Positions 28,001 through 43,000 of a stretch of DNA of 64,000 bases are shown here, in pieces (the stretch's first letter is position 1; each line of letters begins with the position of its first letter). A program made the translations under genes and the position numbers. Source of the DNA: Camelus dromedarius (lineage: Eukaryota). The stretch covers positions 88,848,001 to 88,912,000 of the forward strand of contig NC_087436.1 in the NCBI RefSeq assembly GCF_036321535.1, given 5' to 3'. The notes under the pieces were generated by a model. It did not search any database, was not told where the DNA came from, and worked only from the letters and a program-made list of their open reading frames with translations.

Positions 28001-31000
28001 GGTGTGGCCAACCAGGTTATTCATCAACCCCATTTAGTATTGCTTTACATGGGAGTTTTAGGGCAAGTCTTAATACCACCTTCTGATCTTATTTTGTAGG
28101 ATTTTTAAGTGGATAGCAATGAGGAGGTGGTGGTGATGGAAATTCATCATGCAGGACCACAATTCCAGTGTTTTTCATTTTTTTGAAAAGTCATATAGTA
28201 GTAAGTAGTACTTACTACTTGGAGTATTCTAAATAGAAGTCAAATGAAGTAAATTTATGTTATTTTCTTTCACAGAGCAGCTTCATAGCTTCTCTGGCAG
28301 GCACGTAGATTGGACATGGGAAATTAACTTCTTATCACATTCCCAGGAAGCTGCTGGTTAAATGGCAGCCTGGGTGAGAAGAGAATTATAAAGTCCAGTG
28401 TGTGACTGTAGTGTTTCCTGAAACATTGCGGGGTGAGGAGGAAGAAGAATTTTCCTGAAAGAGTGCTTACCGCCTAAAGGAAGGGGAAATATTTTAAAAG
28501 TTCTTCCATGAAACCACTTGGTATGAGGCTTTAATAAGCAAGAGCAAGATAAGTCTACCAGTTGTCCCAAGAGCATTTCCATATGATCACAAACAGCAAG
28601 CTCTGCCAAGAATTTGGATATGTGTTAGCAAACTGAATCTCAAACTGTGTCAGTCGAGTTAATGAATAATTTATAAGATTAAATGAAAACTTCTCAGTGG
28701 TGTAGGAAAATTCACCTTTATTAACTGGAATACAACTTTGCGAAACCCTGGATTAATCAGATTGGGTTTTGCTCTCTTACATTCCATTTTTGTGGTAAAA
28801 ATATTGAACATTAAAAAATAGATTTGCATCAGGGTTTACAAGATCAAAGATGGCTTCCACGGGTTCTTCAGAACTAAGTGCTGTCAAAACACATATTTCC
28901 GCCAAACATCAGGGCTAATTGTGAGCAGAAAGATTCTGGAATGGGAAGACTCAATCTCTGTAAAGTCTCTGGGGACATCAGATTCTCTAGTTGTCATAAT
29001 GCGTTGCCATTGGACATGAATATGAATGGATCCTGGGTAGATAAGAACAAGATGGACAACTGGAGGATCCATCAGGAATTGACCAAAAGGGCTTGTGTTA
29101 TTTCTAAGTCTTTATATGGCAGCATCCCCCTTTTTGAACTGCAGCAGAGACTCCTGGTGATGACTTAACTTCTTCATGTTGTCTTTGAAACCTACTGCTA
29201 TCTGGTTTTGCTTTTTACCTCCAAGATAAGATGGATAGTCAGTAATGATATTATCTAAATGCCAAACCCACTGGTCTTTTCTTCTTATTTTTATAGTTTG
29301 GAATCAAAATCCAACTTCTTACTCTGACCTGTAAGTCCTAATCTGGCCCCTGCCTCCCTCTCTGACCCAGTCTCCGAGCACTCTCAACTTGTCCATTAAA
29401 CTTTACACATTGACCTGATTACTGATGTTCAAGTGCTGTCTGCTCATTCTCATTTGGGAGCTTTGGCTTCACTGTTCCTTTTGTTTGGAAGGCTGATCTC
29501 TAGACCTTAACAAGATTACCTCCACCTCAGCATTCATGTCTCAGCTTATGTATCAGCTACTTACAGAGGTCTTCCTTGACGACCCTAGTTGGAGCAGCTT
29601 TTGCGCTTAACGAGGGACCCTCTACTTGCTTACTATGTCTTCTTCAACATACTTATCAGTATCAGAAATTATTTTTTCACATGTTTGCAACTTGTTTCTC
29701 TTGAGGGAGGGACTCCATCTAACATCAATGTGTTGTCTTCATTTCCATTCCAGCTTATTAATCTTGTTAATCACCAGTTATAACCCTTGTCCATCTGACT
29801 ATTATTTGTTTAAATTCTGCCAGGCAATATCCCTTTTGCAATGATAACACATTGTGTCATTCATGAACATGGTCAAGTCTAAATTCTAGCCAATCTTTTA
29901 CCCTTCCTCCATCTTCCAAAGGCTAAGAAAGAAACATGTATATCTTGACCCTGAGGCATAATAATCTTCTGAACTAAAAAATTTTGAGTCAAGTCATTGG
30001 TAGCAGACATTTATTGTGTTGCTTTTCTGTATTTCTCTCTTCCTTTGGGACCTGAATTCCTTCGTTTTGGGGACTTGCTTCATTTCCCACTCTATCCTTA
30101 GGATCCAGGAGGGAGCTGCCATCTTTGTACATGACCCACTTTTCTTGGCCTCAGTGATTGGTAGAGGGGTAGGTACCTCACCCAAGCTGGACCAATCAAA
30201 GAATGTCATCTGCTGGGCAACAGTGATTGGTTCTTATGAAACTTAAAGTTATTCAGTAAGATTTGTTTTAAATGGACCTGGGAAAGAAGACTTCTTTCCT
30301 TTTTGGTCACAAAGATGAATGGATTTGAGTTTATAGCTGCAGGCAGCCTGTCTCCTGGCTTGTGGGAAAGTCACCTGGAGTCAATAAAACCACCCTCCCA
30401 TTTCATCTCCCTCCTACTCACTGAAAGAAGTGGAGATGAGAGATGGAAAGTCCTGAAGGCACTTGGTTCCCAGGCACCAGTCATCCTGAAGACCATCCAC
30501 ACTGGTTGATTATATTTCCACTTTTTGATATTCTGATATTCTGGCATGATTTTAGGTAATAAATGCTAATTTTTTTTCTTACTGTAGTACTGTTAACTGG
30601 ATATTTTTAAAATCCTGATGTTTGAATTACTTTATCTTGTAATGTACCCAGAGTCATATTCTGCCTTAAAATTTTGAATTGAGTAAAGATGCACTTTCTA
30701 TTTGCCTGTAATCTCAGAATAAGGAAGAATAGGGCGGTTGACAAAGCAAGGCTTCTTTTAGAAAAATAGTCTAGTCTTTCTAAACTAGTGGAATAAAAAA
30801 GTGGGAAGGGACAGACTGGGAGTTCGAAAAATGACATATTGCAATTGAAACTGGTTATTTCTAATTTTACACTGATGATCTATAAGAAGGTAAAGACAAA
30901 CAAGAAACTAAGTTGCTGTCAAAAAAAAATTGAGTGTCTGTCTCTTAAAAAAAATTGTCCCCAAAGTTTTCCTCCAAGTTATCAAAAGAGAAATGGGAGT

Positions 31001-34000
31001 TTTTAGAAGATAAAGTAGCCATAAGGGAATACTTGGACTGCTGTGGATTCTGAAAGAGGTAGATACTTTTGCTCAAAAATACTCTTATAACCTGACATTA
31101 TTTACTGAGTTTGTTTTATAAGACTGAACTTTTATAAATGATCAAATGACATATTAAATTTTATGATTGACTATTTTTTTCTACCTTTAATGAAATGTTT
31201 ACTTTAAATAGTGCTTTATTTTATTGTTCTTTTTTTCTAATTTACACTAAGATGATAATGTTTAATAGTGACAATTTTATAATTTTATATTAGAAATGGA
31301 TTATTTAGTTTCATTGATTTTTAAAAATTTGTGAAATATGAACACTCTATAATTTGTATTAATTATAATTCATTTTGTAATCCATAGCTGCTTCTCTTTA
31401 AGATAGTTTCTTTCACTTGTACCTATAAATCATTGCCTCATATAGTTATTATACTCTACCTCTGAGGTAGACATAAGAATAAAATTATGTATTTTCAGTT
31501 AAGATGGCAATAAAATAATTTTTAAATACTTAGTTTACTGTAAAAATAAACTCAGGCTGTATGCTCTTCTTGAAACATTTCTATTGATGGGAATTTTGCC
31601 ATATAAAGTGTAAACTGAGCTATCTAACCAGACAAGTGATTTTCCAGTCATGTTCATTCATGTTTGTTTGAAACCTGTGATGCTTTTTTGTCAATATATC
31701 TAGGTCATCCTTCTACTTGACAAAATAACTTACCTAGCTTTTAACAGTAGTAACATGTCTAGTCTACAGGAACCAAACGGAGATAATAATATGACAGTGT
31801 TTAAGGCAAGATTTTTGAAAACAGGTATGAAATGTTTAGTAGAAATGTTCCAAGTCCTGAAGAGGATATTTAGAATGACAAATAATGTATCCTGTCCACT
31901 ACACAAGGCATTTGTATCTCAAGACTAACCATCAGTACTGAGGCTGAAATCTCAGATGATTTTCCTCAGGAATAGATTATCGTAGACCAGGCCTGATCGT
32001 TTCACTGAGATGTGTAGCGTGTCTAGGTAATTCCTGCACTACTCACTTGCTGTCAAAGGTAAAGAAGCCTTTGGCTTTGGGGGATTTGTGCTGATCTTTA
32101 AAAGGTAAACATCCCCAACATAATTATAACACAAACATGAGATGCCTTATTCCTAAACACTAGGTGACCTGCGAGTGAGTCAAGAATAGGCCAAGTTGTC
32201 TAGAGATCTGATTGTTCACCTAAGCCTTGAACTATATAACTCCTTTCAGAATATCAGGATGTTTCAGAATTCTAGATATGTTCTGTCTTCCCACTTCTGT
32301 GGGTATGGGGGAGTATACATTTTTTTTAATGTGTTTTATGGCCACTCATTTCAAGAAGCAAATTTGAGGGAAATCCTCTTGCTTTTCTGTAGTGCTGCCT
32401 TCAGCTCCAGAGCAGAGGGGCCTTGCCCTGGACCTCAGGACTCAGAGCAGTGTTTTTCAATCAGTAGTGGCTTTGCCCCGAGGAGCCATTTGGAAATTTC
32501 TTTAGAGCTTTTCAATTGTCAGTCCAGGAGTGGTGTGGTGATTGTTGTATCCTGTGGGTAGGATCCAGGGATGATGCTGGACACCCTACAGTGCACAGGA
32601 CAGCCCCACACAGCAAAGTATTATCTGGCTTAAAATGTCAGTAGTATCAAGGGCGAGAAACCCTGACTTGGAAGGACCACTCTGGTCTTCCTCCTCAGCT
32701 GTATCTCACCTCATGAGGCAAAGGGTCTGTCCACCAAAGAGGTATGCCCACCTGGAGCCTGATCTAGAGCGCTGTTTTCAAAGTGTGGTCCCAGACCATA
32801 GCATCTGCATCACCTGGGATCTTGTTAGATGGGCAAATTTGGGGGCCTTATCTCAGACTTACCAAATTCAGAAATCTGGGGATGGGGCCAACAATCTTCA
32901 CTGTAACAGGTCCTCCAGGTTAAAGTCTCATGAATGCTAAAGTTTGAAAACCACTGCTCCAAGGAGTCCAAGGATTCTATATTTGAACCTAAAAGATACA
33001 TTTGTCAGGATGGGAAGATAGAATACATTTGCTTTAACAGTTTGTTAGTTTGATTCATAACATCTAAATATGCAGACATACAGCGTCTAGTATGTAGGCC
33101 TCCATTTGTCCTCTTGCTCTGGGCCCCACAAGTGTTTGAATTGGGTCTATGTCTGTGTCTTAGTTTTCTCATACTGTCAAATGAGGACACTGGACTAGAT
33201 TGTTGTTTAAATTCCCTTCTCTATATATGGTTTCATGGCTGCATTTGGAAACATTTAGGCCTGACTGCATTCCCTGCACAGACTCCCTTAGGATACAGTC
33301 ACTTTGATGCTTAATCACTAGGAAGATGGTTTTTTTTGCTCTTTTGTTCTCTACCCAACAGGATTGCCTTGTCTCTTGATATAATATGGAAAAGAATAAC
33401 TCAAATGTATTACCAGTTGTCAAACAAAATTTGAACTGCCAAGTTCCACATACTTTTTTTTAATTGAAGTAGAATTGATTTACAATGTTATGTTAATTTC
33501 TGGTGTACAGCATAGTGATTCATTTATATATATATATATATTCCTTTTCATTTTCTTTTTCATTATAGGCCATTACAAGGTATTGAATATAGTTCCCTGT
33601 GCCACATACTTTTTAACAGCATGATTTATATCATATGCATGTAGTTATAAAAATTAAAAAGTATTGACATACCTACTCTTGATAAGTATGTAAATTGGTA
33701 TTACTCTTTGAAGGAGAAATTCATGCTATTCATCAAAAACTTACATTTTGGTTCAGTAATTTTACTTCTAGGAATTTATTCTAAAGTCATACTTGTGCAT
33801 GTAGGCAAAGGTGAATGGTTAAGAGTGTTAACTGGTGCTTTTTTGTCAGAGCCAAAAATTGGAACCAGGCTCCCTGTGCATCAGTAGTGAATTGGTAAGG
33901 CAGATGTACATCTGTATAATGGAACACTGTGCATCCGTGAAAAGAACATGGTGCGTGCCATTAATAGAGGAGGGTTGCGGAGTGTTCAAGGTATTAGAAG

Positions 34001-37000
34001 TGGTACCCTGATGTCAGGCCACAGGGACTCAGATACCAGCTCTACCGTCTACTCACTGAGTGGCCTTGGGCAAATTACTTGTTCTCTCTTTGCCTCAATT
34101 TTTTTCATCTCCAAAATGGGGACTGATAACAAAGTATACTTCACAAAGTTGTTGAGAAGTTTAAACAATATAAAATGAGTTAGTCTTTTAGGGCTTGACC
34201 TATAGAAAATAGGTTATTATCATCATCATCATCATCTAGCTATTCTTATGGAAAGACTTCCAAGGTAAATCATTAAATGAAAACATCATCAACACCACAC
34301 AGGACAATGTGTATAGACTAAGAAAAGAGGGGCATATACAGAAAAAGCTTGGCAAGGATGCACAAATGCTACTTTTAGTGGTTGCTTTTATACACCTTGG
34401 ATGGGAAGAATATTTTTTCATTGTATGTTTGGGTTTTTCCCATGTATAAGTATCACTTTTGTTATTTTAAAAATTTAAAGAAAAATAAAAGCTGCAATCA
34501 CACAGGTGCTTAGATTCAGTACGATGGCAGAAGTGGAACCACATGGATTCACTGAAATTTTTTTAATGGACCGTAAGATGGCATTTCTAATGCTGAAAGA
34601 TTTATTTTTGTGCGTGAGAAGTATAAGGATTTCCTGGAAAGCTAATTTTTGTAATGACACTCCCTGCTTGATGATGGATTTCTTAGGTTTTCCACTTGAT
34701 GTAACTGAGAGGTTCAGGCTAAATTACCTTTCTTGTTGGAGGCTAATGAATGAAATGCAAAAACATCCCTCTGGGTGACTGAAGGGATCCTGTGAGTTGA
34801 AAGACTGAAGTGTCCTTTACAATGATTTTCTCACCCAGCATCCATACAAATCCTGTCCCGAATTGTCCTTGTGCAAGTCCTTGTTGCCCTGTATCTGCCT
34901 GAAGGAGGATTTCATTAAGTAACAGATCTGAAGCTGATCTTCCTTTGGCTTTTTGCTGGTAAAATGCCTGGATTTAGGAGGCCATGGGGAGTTCTGTTTG
35001 AGAAAGGGATTCTCAGGCTGCAAGAATCAAGAGAAACACCTATGCGTGGCCTCTGACTTGCGTAATTTCCATTCCACTGTGCCTCCGCATGCAATACTTC
35101 TGGGATTGATAGAAAGCCAGACCCTCATTTTGGTCAAGATAAAAAATTCTCATTTTGCAGTAGATTTTATGTAATCTAAGCTGCATTTAAGTTTCTAAAT
35201 AAATTAAGTCTTGTGCAGTGTCTCTTAGAGAGTGGGCAGGGTTTATGTCATTTGTTTTAAAATTGAGTGATTAGAATTTATTCATTATTAAGCACTCCAC
35301 TTTGTTTTTAATCTTTGGCTCATATTCTGTTGTTAAGTCTTCTCTTTAGAAGGTTTTGCTCTTTGTGAAATAACAGGATTTGGGGAAGTTTTCGTTTCTT
35401 TTATTTCTGTTATGTGGTTGTAGTAGTTTTAAAATAATCAACTATCAGGTAAAATGATCATTTTTCTTTCAATGCCACTGATTTTAACTTTTCTTCCCTT
35501 CCTGTGGCCCCTCCCACCTTTTTTTTTTTTTGCAAAAACTTGACATTCCATGATCAAAAAAGAAAGTTATGAAGCATGCAGACTTGATGCTACTACACCT
35601 TCAAGATTTACAGGTTCATTTCAATCCTCGGTGCTGCTTGCCATTCTTCTAAGTTATCTTTGAGATGTTCCTCCAAATACTTCCATCAGGGAACAATTCC
35701 ATACACACGTCACTGTCCTCCTCATCGCGCTCCCCTGTCACCCTCAGCTTCCATCCAAGGAGCTCACCTCCTACTTGAAAAGAAAAGTAGAGGCAATCTG
35801 ATTGTCTGATTTGAGTTTTCTCAATGAATTCTCTCCCCATCTCCAAATCCAACTAAGTCCCTGCTTCCTTCTCTCCCACTTCCTTCCAGGTTCAGATGAA
35901 GCCTTCATTCCTCCTGTCTAAAATGAATTCCTCTACCTCTTTTCTGTTGATAGCATCAGGTGATAAAAATCCAAAAGTTGTTTTTCAAATATGAATTGCC
36001 TAAATGAACCATGTCATGAAGAATAGGAGTTTTATATAAAAAACCAAATACTTTTTTTAACTTTATTTTTTATTGAATTGTTTTATTTATAATGTTAGTT
36101 TCAGGTGCACAGCAAAGTGACTCAGTTATACATATACATATATATATACACATATATTTTCAGGTTCTTTTCCATTATAGCTTATTACAAGAAACTGAAT
36201 ATGGTTCCCTGTGCTATACAGTAGGCCCTTGTTTATCTATTTTATATAGTGGTGTGTATCCGTTAATCTCAAACTCTAATGTTTTAAATCTTGGGTACAG
36301 TGCAACCATATTTATTGGAATGATTGAACGAGACATTCATTGGTAAGTAAGGTGGAGGTGGAGTGAGAAAATAGGTAAGCAGCAAAAAATTATGTTGTTT
36401 AACTCCTGTCTCTATTTTCTAGAGTCCTCCCTAATCTTTAGTGCACAATGATTTTGTAATATGTTGAAAAAATTTTGCTTATAATTTTTACAATCTAAAC
36501 AAATACTAAATGGCTATTGATTCTCTTATTATTTATTTTAAGGGGTTGCTTTATTGCAGGATGACACTGGGTACGGAAAAAGGAGAAGAAAAAATACTCC
36601 AGGAAGATACTTTTAATTTACTTTTGGTCCCTGCCTAAAGTTGCTCTTGTTTTTTAGGTACTGGAACTTTTACGTGGTATGGGTAGAACTATAACACTTC
36701 ACAAGGTTCAGATACACGTCAGTAGAGAGAATGACTGGAACAGCTGTAACACTGTGGATCTCCATTGCTTCTGTACACTTTTAGCAACATCCCCTCTTGC
36801 AGATCACATTCCACATCAAACTTCTTTGAATACTAATCCCCCTCTTGAATTATTAACTAATAATTTAATGCATTTTTTTTGCAAGAGAATGAGTGGTAAA
36901 TAATGATATTGCCTGGTCAAAGATCATTGTCTTTTGAGTATTTATCTGGTATTTGCTCTTCTATCAGAGAGCCATCTGTGACCAAATTGATTCAGGAACA

Positions 37001-40000
37001 GGAGCAAGACCAACCGTGGCTGACGTTGTACTCCAACTGGGAAAGCCTTAATGGGACCACTTTGCATGGACTACTGGTAGAAGGGTAAGACACCCATCAC
37101 AAGAACTGTGTAGAGTGGATTATGCCCCAAAAGTCTATCATCAGGGCTCTCCTTCTGTTTCCAATTTAAGATAATCCAAATCTGTCACATCGAAAAAGAG
37201 CTTCCATAGAATAGCTATTGGCCTTTATAAAACAGACACAAAATGAAATTATGATCAAGTAGCCTTGAAAGTATGCTTCTGAAAAATTTCCCCTGAAAAC
37301 TCATGGCAACACTGCCTCCCTCAACCATGGGTAGGGGTGCAGGAGAAAGGAAAGTGAAGGAATTAACACTTACTTACTGTTTATTACATTATAGAAGCAT
37401 AGAATATTTAAATAACTTACTCAAAACTCACAGCCCACAGATGGTAAATGATTGACTCTGAACTCAAACCAAGTTCATCTGACTCCAGAACTTTTAATAA
37501 GTGCTTGAGAAATCACCTTTTACGAATTCCAAAGAAGAAAACTAAAGGTGGGCCATTTCTCTTTAGAATGGCTTAACATTTTCCCCATAGATTAACTCTG
37601 CAGCCAAATTTCTGAATAGCTGTCAGCTGAAGCACTTCCTCCAAAACAAGGACCTGAATTTTTCAGCAGAGTGATTTGTTTTCCCAGATTGGGAATGCCG
37701 AAAGAGCCCTTTCAGGTCAGATAGATAGATAGATAGATAGATAGACTCATTCTAAATTGGGAATCAGTAGCCTGGTGCTAGTCCTGGCTTACTAACTAGA
37801 TATGTGGTCCTATACAACCTCAGTTTCCTTTAAAGTAAAGAGTTGAGGCAGATAGTCTTTGGTCTTTTCCTATTCCTAAAAGCTATGATTTTAAGATCTA
37901 ATGTAACAACTAATTATTGAGTATCTTTTCTACACTAGGTTCTGTGTTAAGGTCTGAGGGGATATAGAAGTGAATGAGGGGGACAAGGACCCTGGTCTCA
38001 AGGAAACATAGATTTATAGGTGGACAGAGAGACTATAAGCTAATAATAAATGAAATGAATCTCAGATATTTGGAAGTGCTACAGAGAACTATGGATAACA
38101 AGCTTGAGTGTCAGGAAGAGATACAACTTCAGTTTGTGAGAAGGCAAGACACAAATGTGCTTTTCCTGTGTTATATAATTTATTGTCTTGATTGAACATA
38201 TCTCCATGCACATTTAGTAAGAAATGAAAATACAGTAAATCTTCAAAAAAGAAAGTGGAAGTGACATATTTAGGGTTTTTTTTTTTTTTTTCTGAGAGAT
38301 CTAGTACTCTAAGCACATCACAGCATTTTTGACAGTCCCAAAGTGTTTTTTTTTTTTCTTTTAAGTTTACGTTGTGAATAAATGCATGGAAGAGAGCTTT
38401 ATGATTACAATTTAATGTAGCCTAAACTGAATTCTCCTGTGCAGCCACATTGATAGGTGCTTAAACACAGCCATGTTCTTGCTTTCAAAGCTTTACTCTG
38501 ACTTTTAGAAAGTGCTTCCTTTCCTGAACCTGCATGTCCTATAAATTCTGTCTCCTGGTTCTGATCGTGCCATCCTGAGTGACATGGAATAAATTTAATC
38601 CGCCCCCCGTTTCCTGTCAGCTAATCATAGATACACAGTTTCACATTGAAAGTCTCAGCTAGATTCTTTTCCAGTCTAGATATTCAGTTCCTTTATCTGC
38701 TCTCTTTTTGAAGTAATGTTTTCTCAAATGATTTCTCAACTTCTTTTGCACACACCCTCTCCACAAGATTAAAAATCTGACATGCTCCCTCCTCACCACA
38801 GATTCTGAGAAACTGTCTGATCCCTCCCCTCCCCTCCCTACTTTGAAAACCATTGTTTAAGTCAATTTTCTGGGTGTTCCCACCAGCCAAGATAATGTGG
38901 GAAACTTTGCTAACAGTCATTTCTCTTTCCACAAATGTGAAATTATACTGTGATGATACTAAATACATTAAAAAAAAATCCTTCATATACTCTGACCCCT
39001 GAGGTGCTATCTGACCATAGCCCTGCCTTGAGAATTCTTGCCCAAGGTATAACCTATGTCTTGCTTTCCACTGTTAAAGTGTTTGAAATAAACAATACAT
39101 ATGTAACTGAATATTGTGCCACTTTATGTTTCCAACCCTAGGCAGTCTTGTCACAGCAGAAGTAAGATTTCTCTCCTGTGTACTAAACAAGGTGAGAGAA
39201 TTCGTGGTGGAACGATGGGCTATGAACTTAATTTAACTGGATTGGCTCAGGGGAAAAATGATGTAACAGCAAAGATGCAAGCCTCTAGCTGGCTTTGGCA
39301 GTGAGTCACACCCTCTTTCCTGCTCCTTGGTAGACTGTGGGCGCCGCCCTGCTGCCCGAATGTACAAGAGGATCCTCGGGGGTCGGACAAGTCGCCCTGG
39401 AAGGTGGCCGTGGCAGTGTTCCCTTCAGAGTGAACCCAGTGGACACATTTGTGGCTGTGTCCTCATTGCCAAGAAGTGGGTTCTGACAGTTGCCCACTGC
39501 TTTGAGGGGTAAGCTGCACCTTTTTTTTGCTTTGCCTGCATGTGATCATTTTGTTCCTCAGGTGTTCTTAATGGCATATATAATTCTATGAAGCCACTTC
39601 AGCGCAAAAGCCACAGTTGATCTCCTTCCCAGACCTTTATCTGCTTAGATTTTTCTACCTTCAGTGTCATCATCCTACATAGGTGCTGCTCATTTATTGG
39701 CAACAGATGTATATTGCATATGATGGATGTCCTAAGGTGGGGAGGAAGGGGAAGACGTTTGGAAGACTGACTCTCCAGCCAGCATTAGTCTCTTTTCTAG
39801 CCCTCCTAAATACATCAAATGCATATGAAGTTAAACGGAGGGGATTTACTTGGATACTACAGTAAGGTTAGGATGCTGGAGGAATTGGTGAGGAATTTGG
39901 GAAGCAGAGTGAAAGGTACAGTACGTGTATTAGTCAGGGTTCTCCAGAGAAACAGACCAAGGAGGGAGAGAGAGAGAGAGAGATTATTTTCAGGGAATTA

Positions 40001-43000
40001 GCAAACAATACTGGAGGCTTGGTGAGTCTACAATCTGATGGGGTAGACTGGCAGGCTGGAGACTCGGGGAAGAGCTGCAGTTCAAGTCCAAAGGCGTTGT
40101 GCTGGTAGAACTCCTTCTTCATCTGGGGAGGTCAGTCTTTATTCTTTGGGGGTCTCCAACTGATTGGGTAAGGCCCACCCACATTATGGAGTGTAATCTG
40201 CTCTACTCAAAGTCTACCATTTTGAATGTTAATCTCATCGGAAAAACACCTTCATAGAAACATCCAGAAAAATGTTTGGCCAAATATTTGGGCACCATGG
40301 TCCAGCCACTTGGCACATAAAGTAAATCATCATGATACCTAAAGGGAGCAGAAAAATAAGCCCAAGGGGAAACCTACCCTAAATTGACAGACATCACTGT
40401 AGAAGGTCCTCATCTGATCTGACTGTTGTTATGTAATTTAGGAGAAAAAAAAAAAAACACCTCAAACCAAACTATAACAACAACCAAACCATTTTTTATG
40501 CCTATGGAAGATTCTGGAGGTCAGACATCCAGACAGGACATAGCTCATGGTTTGTCTCTGCTCACCAATGTCCAGGGCCTCTGCTGGAAGGTACTGAGGC
40601 TCCAGGGGCCGGATCCATCCGAAGTCTGGCAGTGACTGCTGCCTGTTGGCAGAGGGCCTTTGTTTCTCTCCAAATGAGACTCACAGCTTGGTGGCTAGGA
40701 TTCCCCGGAGCGAGATTCCCAGAAAGGGAACCAGGAGGAAGCTGTGTCGCCTCTTCTGCTCCAGCCTCCAAAGACACACAAATTGCTTCTGCTATGGGGT
40801 TGGTTTAGCTGTCTCAGCCCCACCCAGATTCCGAGGGAAGAAGCACAGACCTCTTCTCTCTCTCAGAGGATTATCAAAGCATTTGAGGACATGATTTAAA
40901 AACCACCATACTACTCATTTTATTCTTTTTATTTTTAATGCTTTATTTAAAAGTAATACTAAATAATAGCAAAAATTGAAACCAATGAACTCCCAGTCCT
41001 ATTACCTAATTAAATTGATTCTTTTCATTTGATCTGGTTAATTTGTAGGAAAAAAGGCAATTTCATTTTTTGGCCTCTTTGCCTGTTATTTTTTTGCTCA
41101 GCTTTGCCATTTACTATATGACCATGGGTCAGTTTGTAAACTTTTCTGAGCCATGGTTTCCTCATCTGAGAAATGAGGGAGATAACAGTCCCTACCTCAC
41201 AGGGTGGCTGCAGGCATCAAGTGAGATAGTCTGTGTAAAGCCTTATGAGCAAACCGTGCCTGACACCCATCCATAAGACGTCAATAAAGGGAAACTTCTT
41301 TTTAAAATGCTATTAATAAAAACATGTATCCTAACTTTTCCCTTATCATACGGCATGAGTACTTTTGCCTTTTGCTGGCACTGTTTTTATCTCCTCCAAC
41401 ACTCTCTGTTCTTGACTTTCTCATCATCCTTGAGGTAACCTCTAGCGATTGTTCCTCCAAAGCTATAAACACATATTTTTCACAGGGTGTCATTTATTTC
41501 TAAAATTTGGAATCACACCCTGTACTGTGTTTTTAAGTTGCTTTTCTCACTAGCAGTGTATCAGGGGCATCCCTCCAAGTCAATTGATGGATCTCTAGCT
41601 CATTCTTTTCCAAAGCTAGATGTATTCCATAATATAGTCAGCATAGCTTTTTCTGTTATTCCCCAGTTGATGGACATTCAGGTTAGGTCCAGTTTGCTGC
41701 CAATACTGCAATACATCTTCTTGTACAAGGCTACTCGCCTATTGGTACTCTTGTTTCTGCACAATACAGTCCCAGCACATATACTCATCTCTATATGGGG
41801 GTTATAGAGATGAATACACATTTCCTTCCTTGAAGTGCTAACCTAGTAAGGAGACCAATGTTTAAACAAGTAGAATATTATATAAGAAGTAATTGTAAAA
41901 TGGAAATGTGTACATCTAGCTATTCGACTGCCCTTTTTTGGGAAATAGAAAAAAAATCAAACCAGGACTTCCTCTTGAGAACTTTTAACATGGAAGACCC
42001 CAAGTGGCTGGAAGAGTCTGTGGAGTGTGTCAGGAAATATGCTGCAATGTTATTGCTTTGGAAGGGGCCAGATGTTTCCAGATGTCTTTTCCAGTTCTGA
42101 TTTATAACTCCATGATAAGCGGAGGGTTGGACTAGAAAGAGTTCATTCATCAAAAGACGAAGACCTAAATGAATCCAACAGTTCTTTACGGGAACAACAC
42201 CTTTATGTGCTCATTCGCCCAGGTCTGTGCACCACTTATGTCATTTCCACATGTGGTATCCAAGTTTTCTCTTTCACTGACAGATCTGCGAAGTTAAGGA
42301 GAAATCTTGCATTAGAGAAGAAATATGTGTTTATAATTAAGGAAATGGATAGTCCATTAAAGGCCTTGGTGAAAGTTCATGGAACACTACATTTCACAGA
42401 ACTATCAAGGGGCCTGGCCAATTCATAAGATGTTAGAAATCGCCTGACTTCAGACGAGTCTTTGCTTGAATGTGTACTAACTTTGATTCTATTGTATAAT
42501 CTCTCCAGTGGCCCCAAAACTTTTGAGAAGCTCTAATTGTAAGCCTTACTCTTTGCTGGAGCCATCAATTGCTGCAACTAATGGAACTGACTTCATATCC
42601 TGATTCCATACTTTGGCAAGGCCCAGCGCGACCCATCTGTAGGTCTCAGCCTGTCTCTTTTCATTATATGCATGGGGGTGGGGAAGACAAGTTTGTCTTG
42701 CTTTTCCGTGGAGAGGTATTTTAAAATCCTAAATGAAAATTAAAAACACGAGGTGCTAAGTTGATCAGATTAAGTCCCACGTGCCCTGGTAGCAATTCAG
42801 TTTGCACAGTTCTAAGGAAAAAAGATGTTGAGTTTCAGAGGGTAATTTAACAAGCAATTTTCCTGCCTTCTTCCACCTCTGAAAGACGTAAGGATGAATG
42901 TCCTAGATCGGCACATAACTAGTAATTGTCAGAAGTATCTAATTCCTCTCTGGGAAACCTGCATGAAAAACTGTCATGTCACTCTATGGTCACAACCCTT

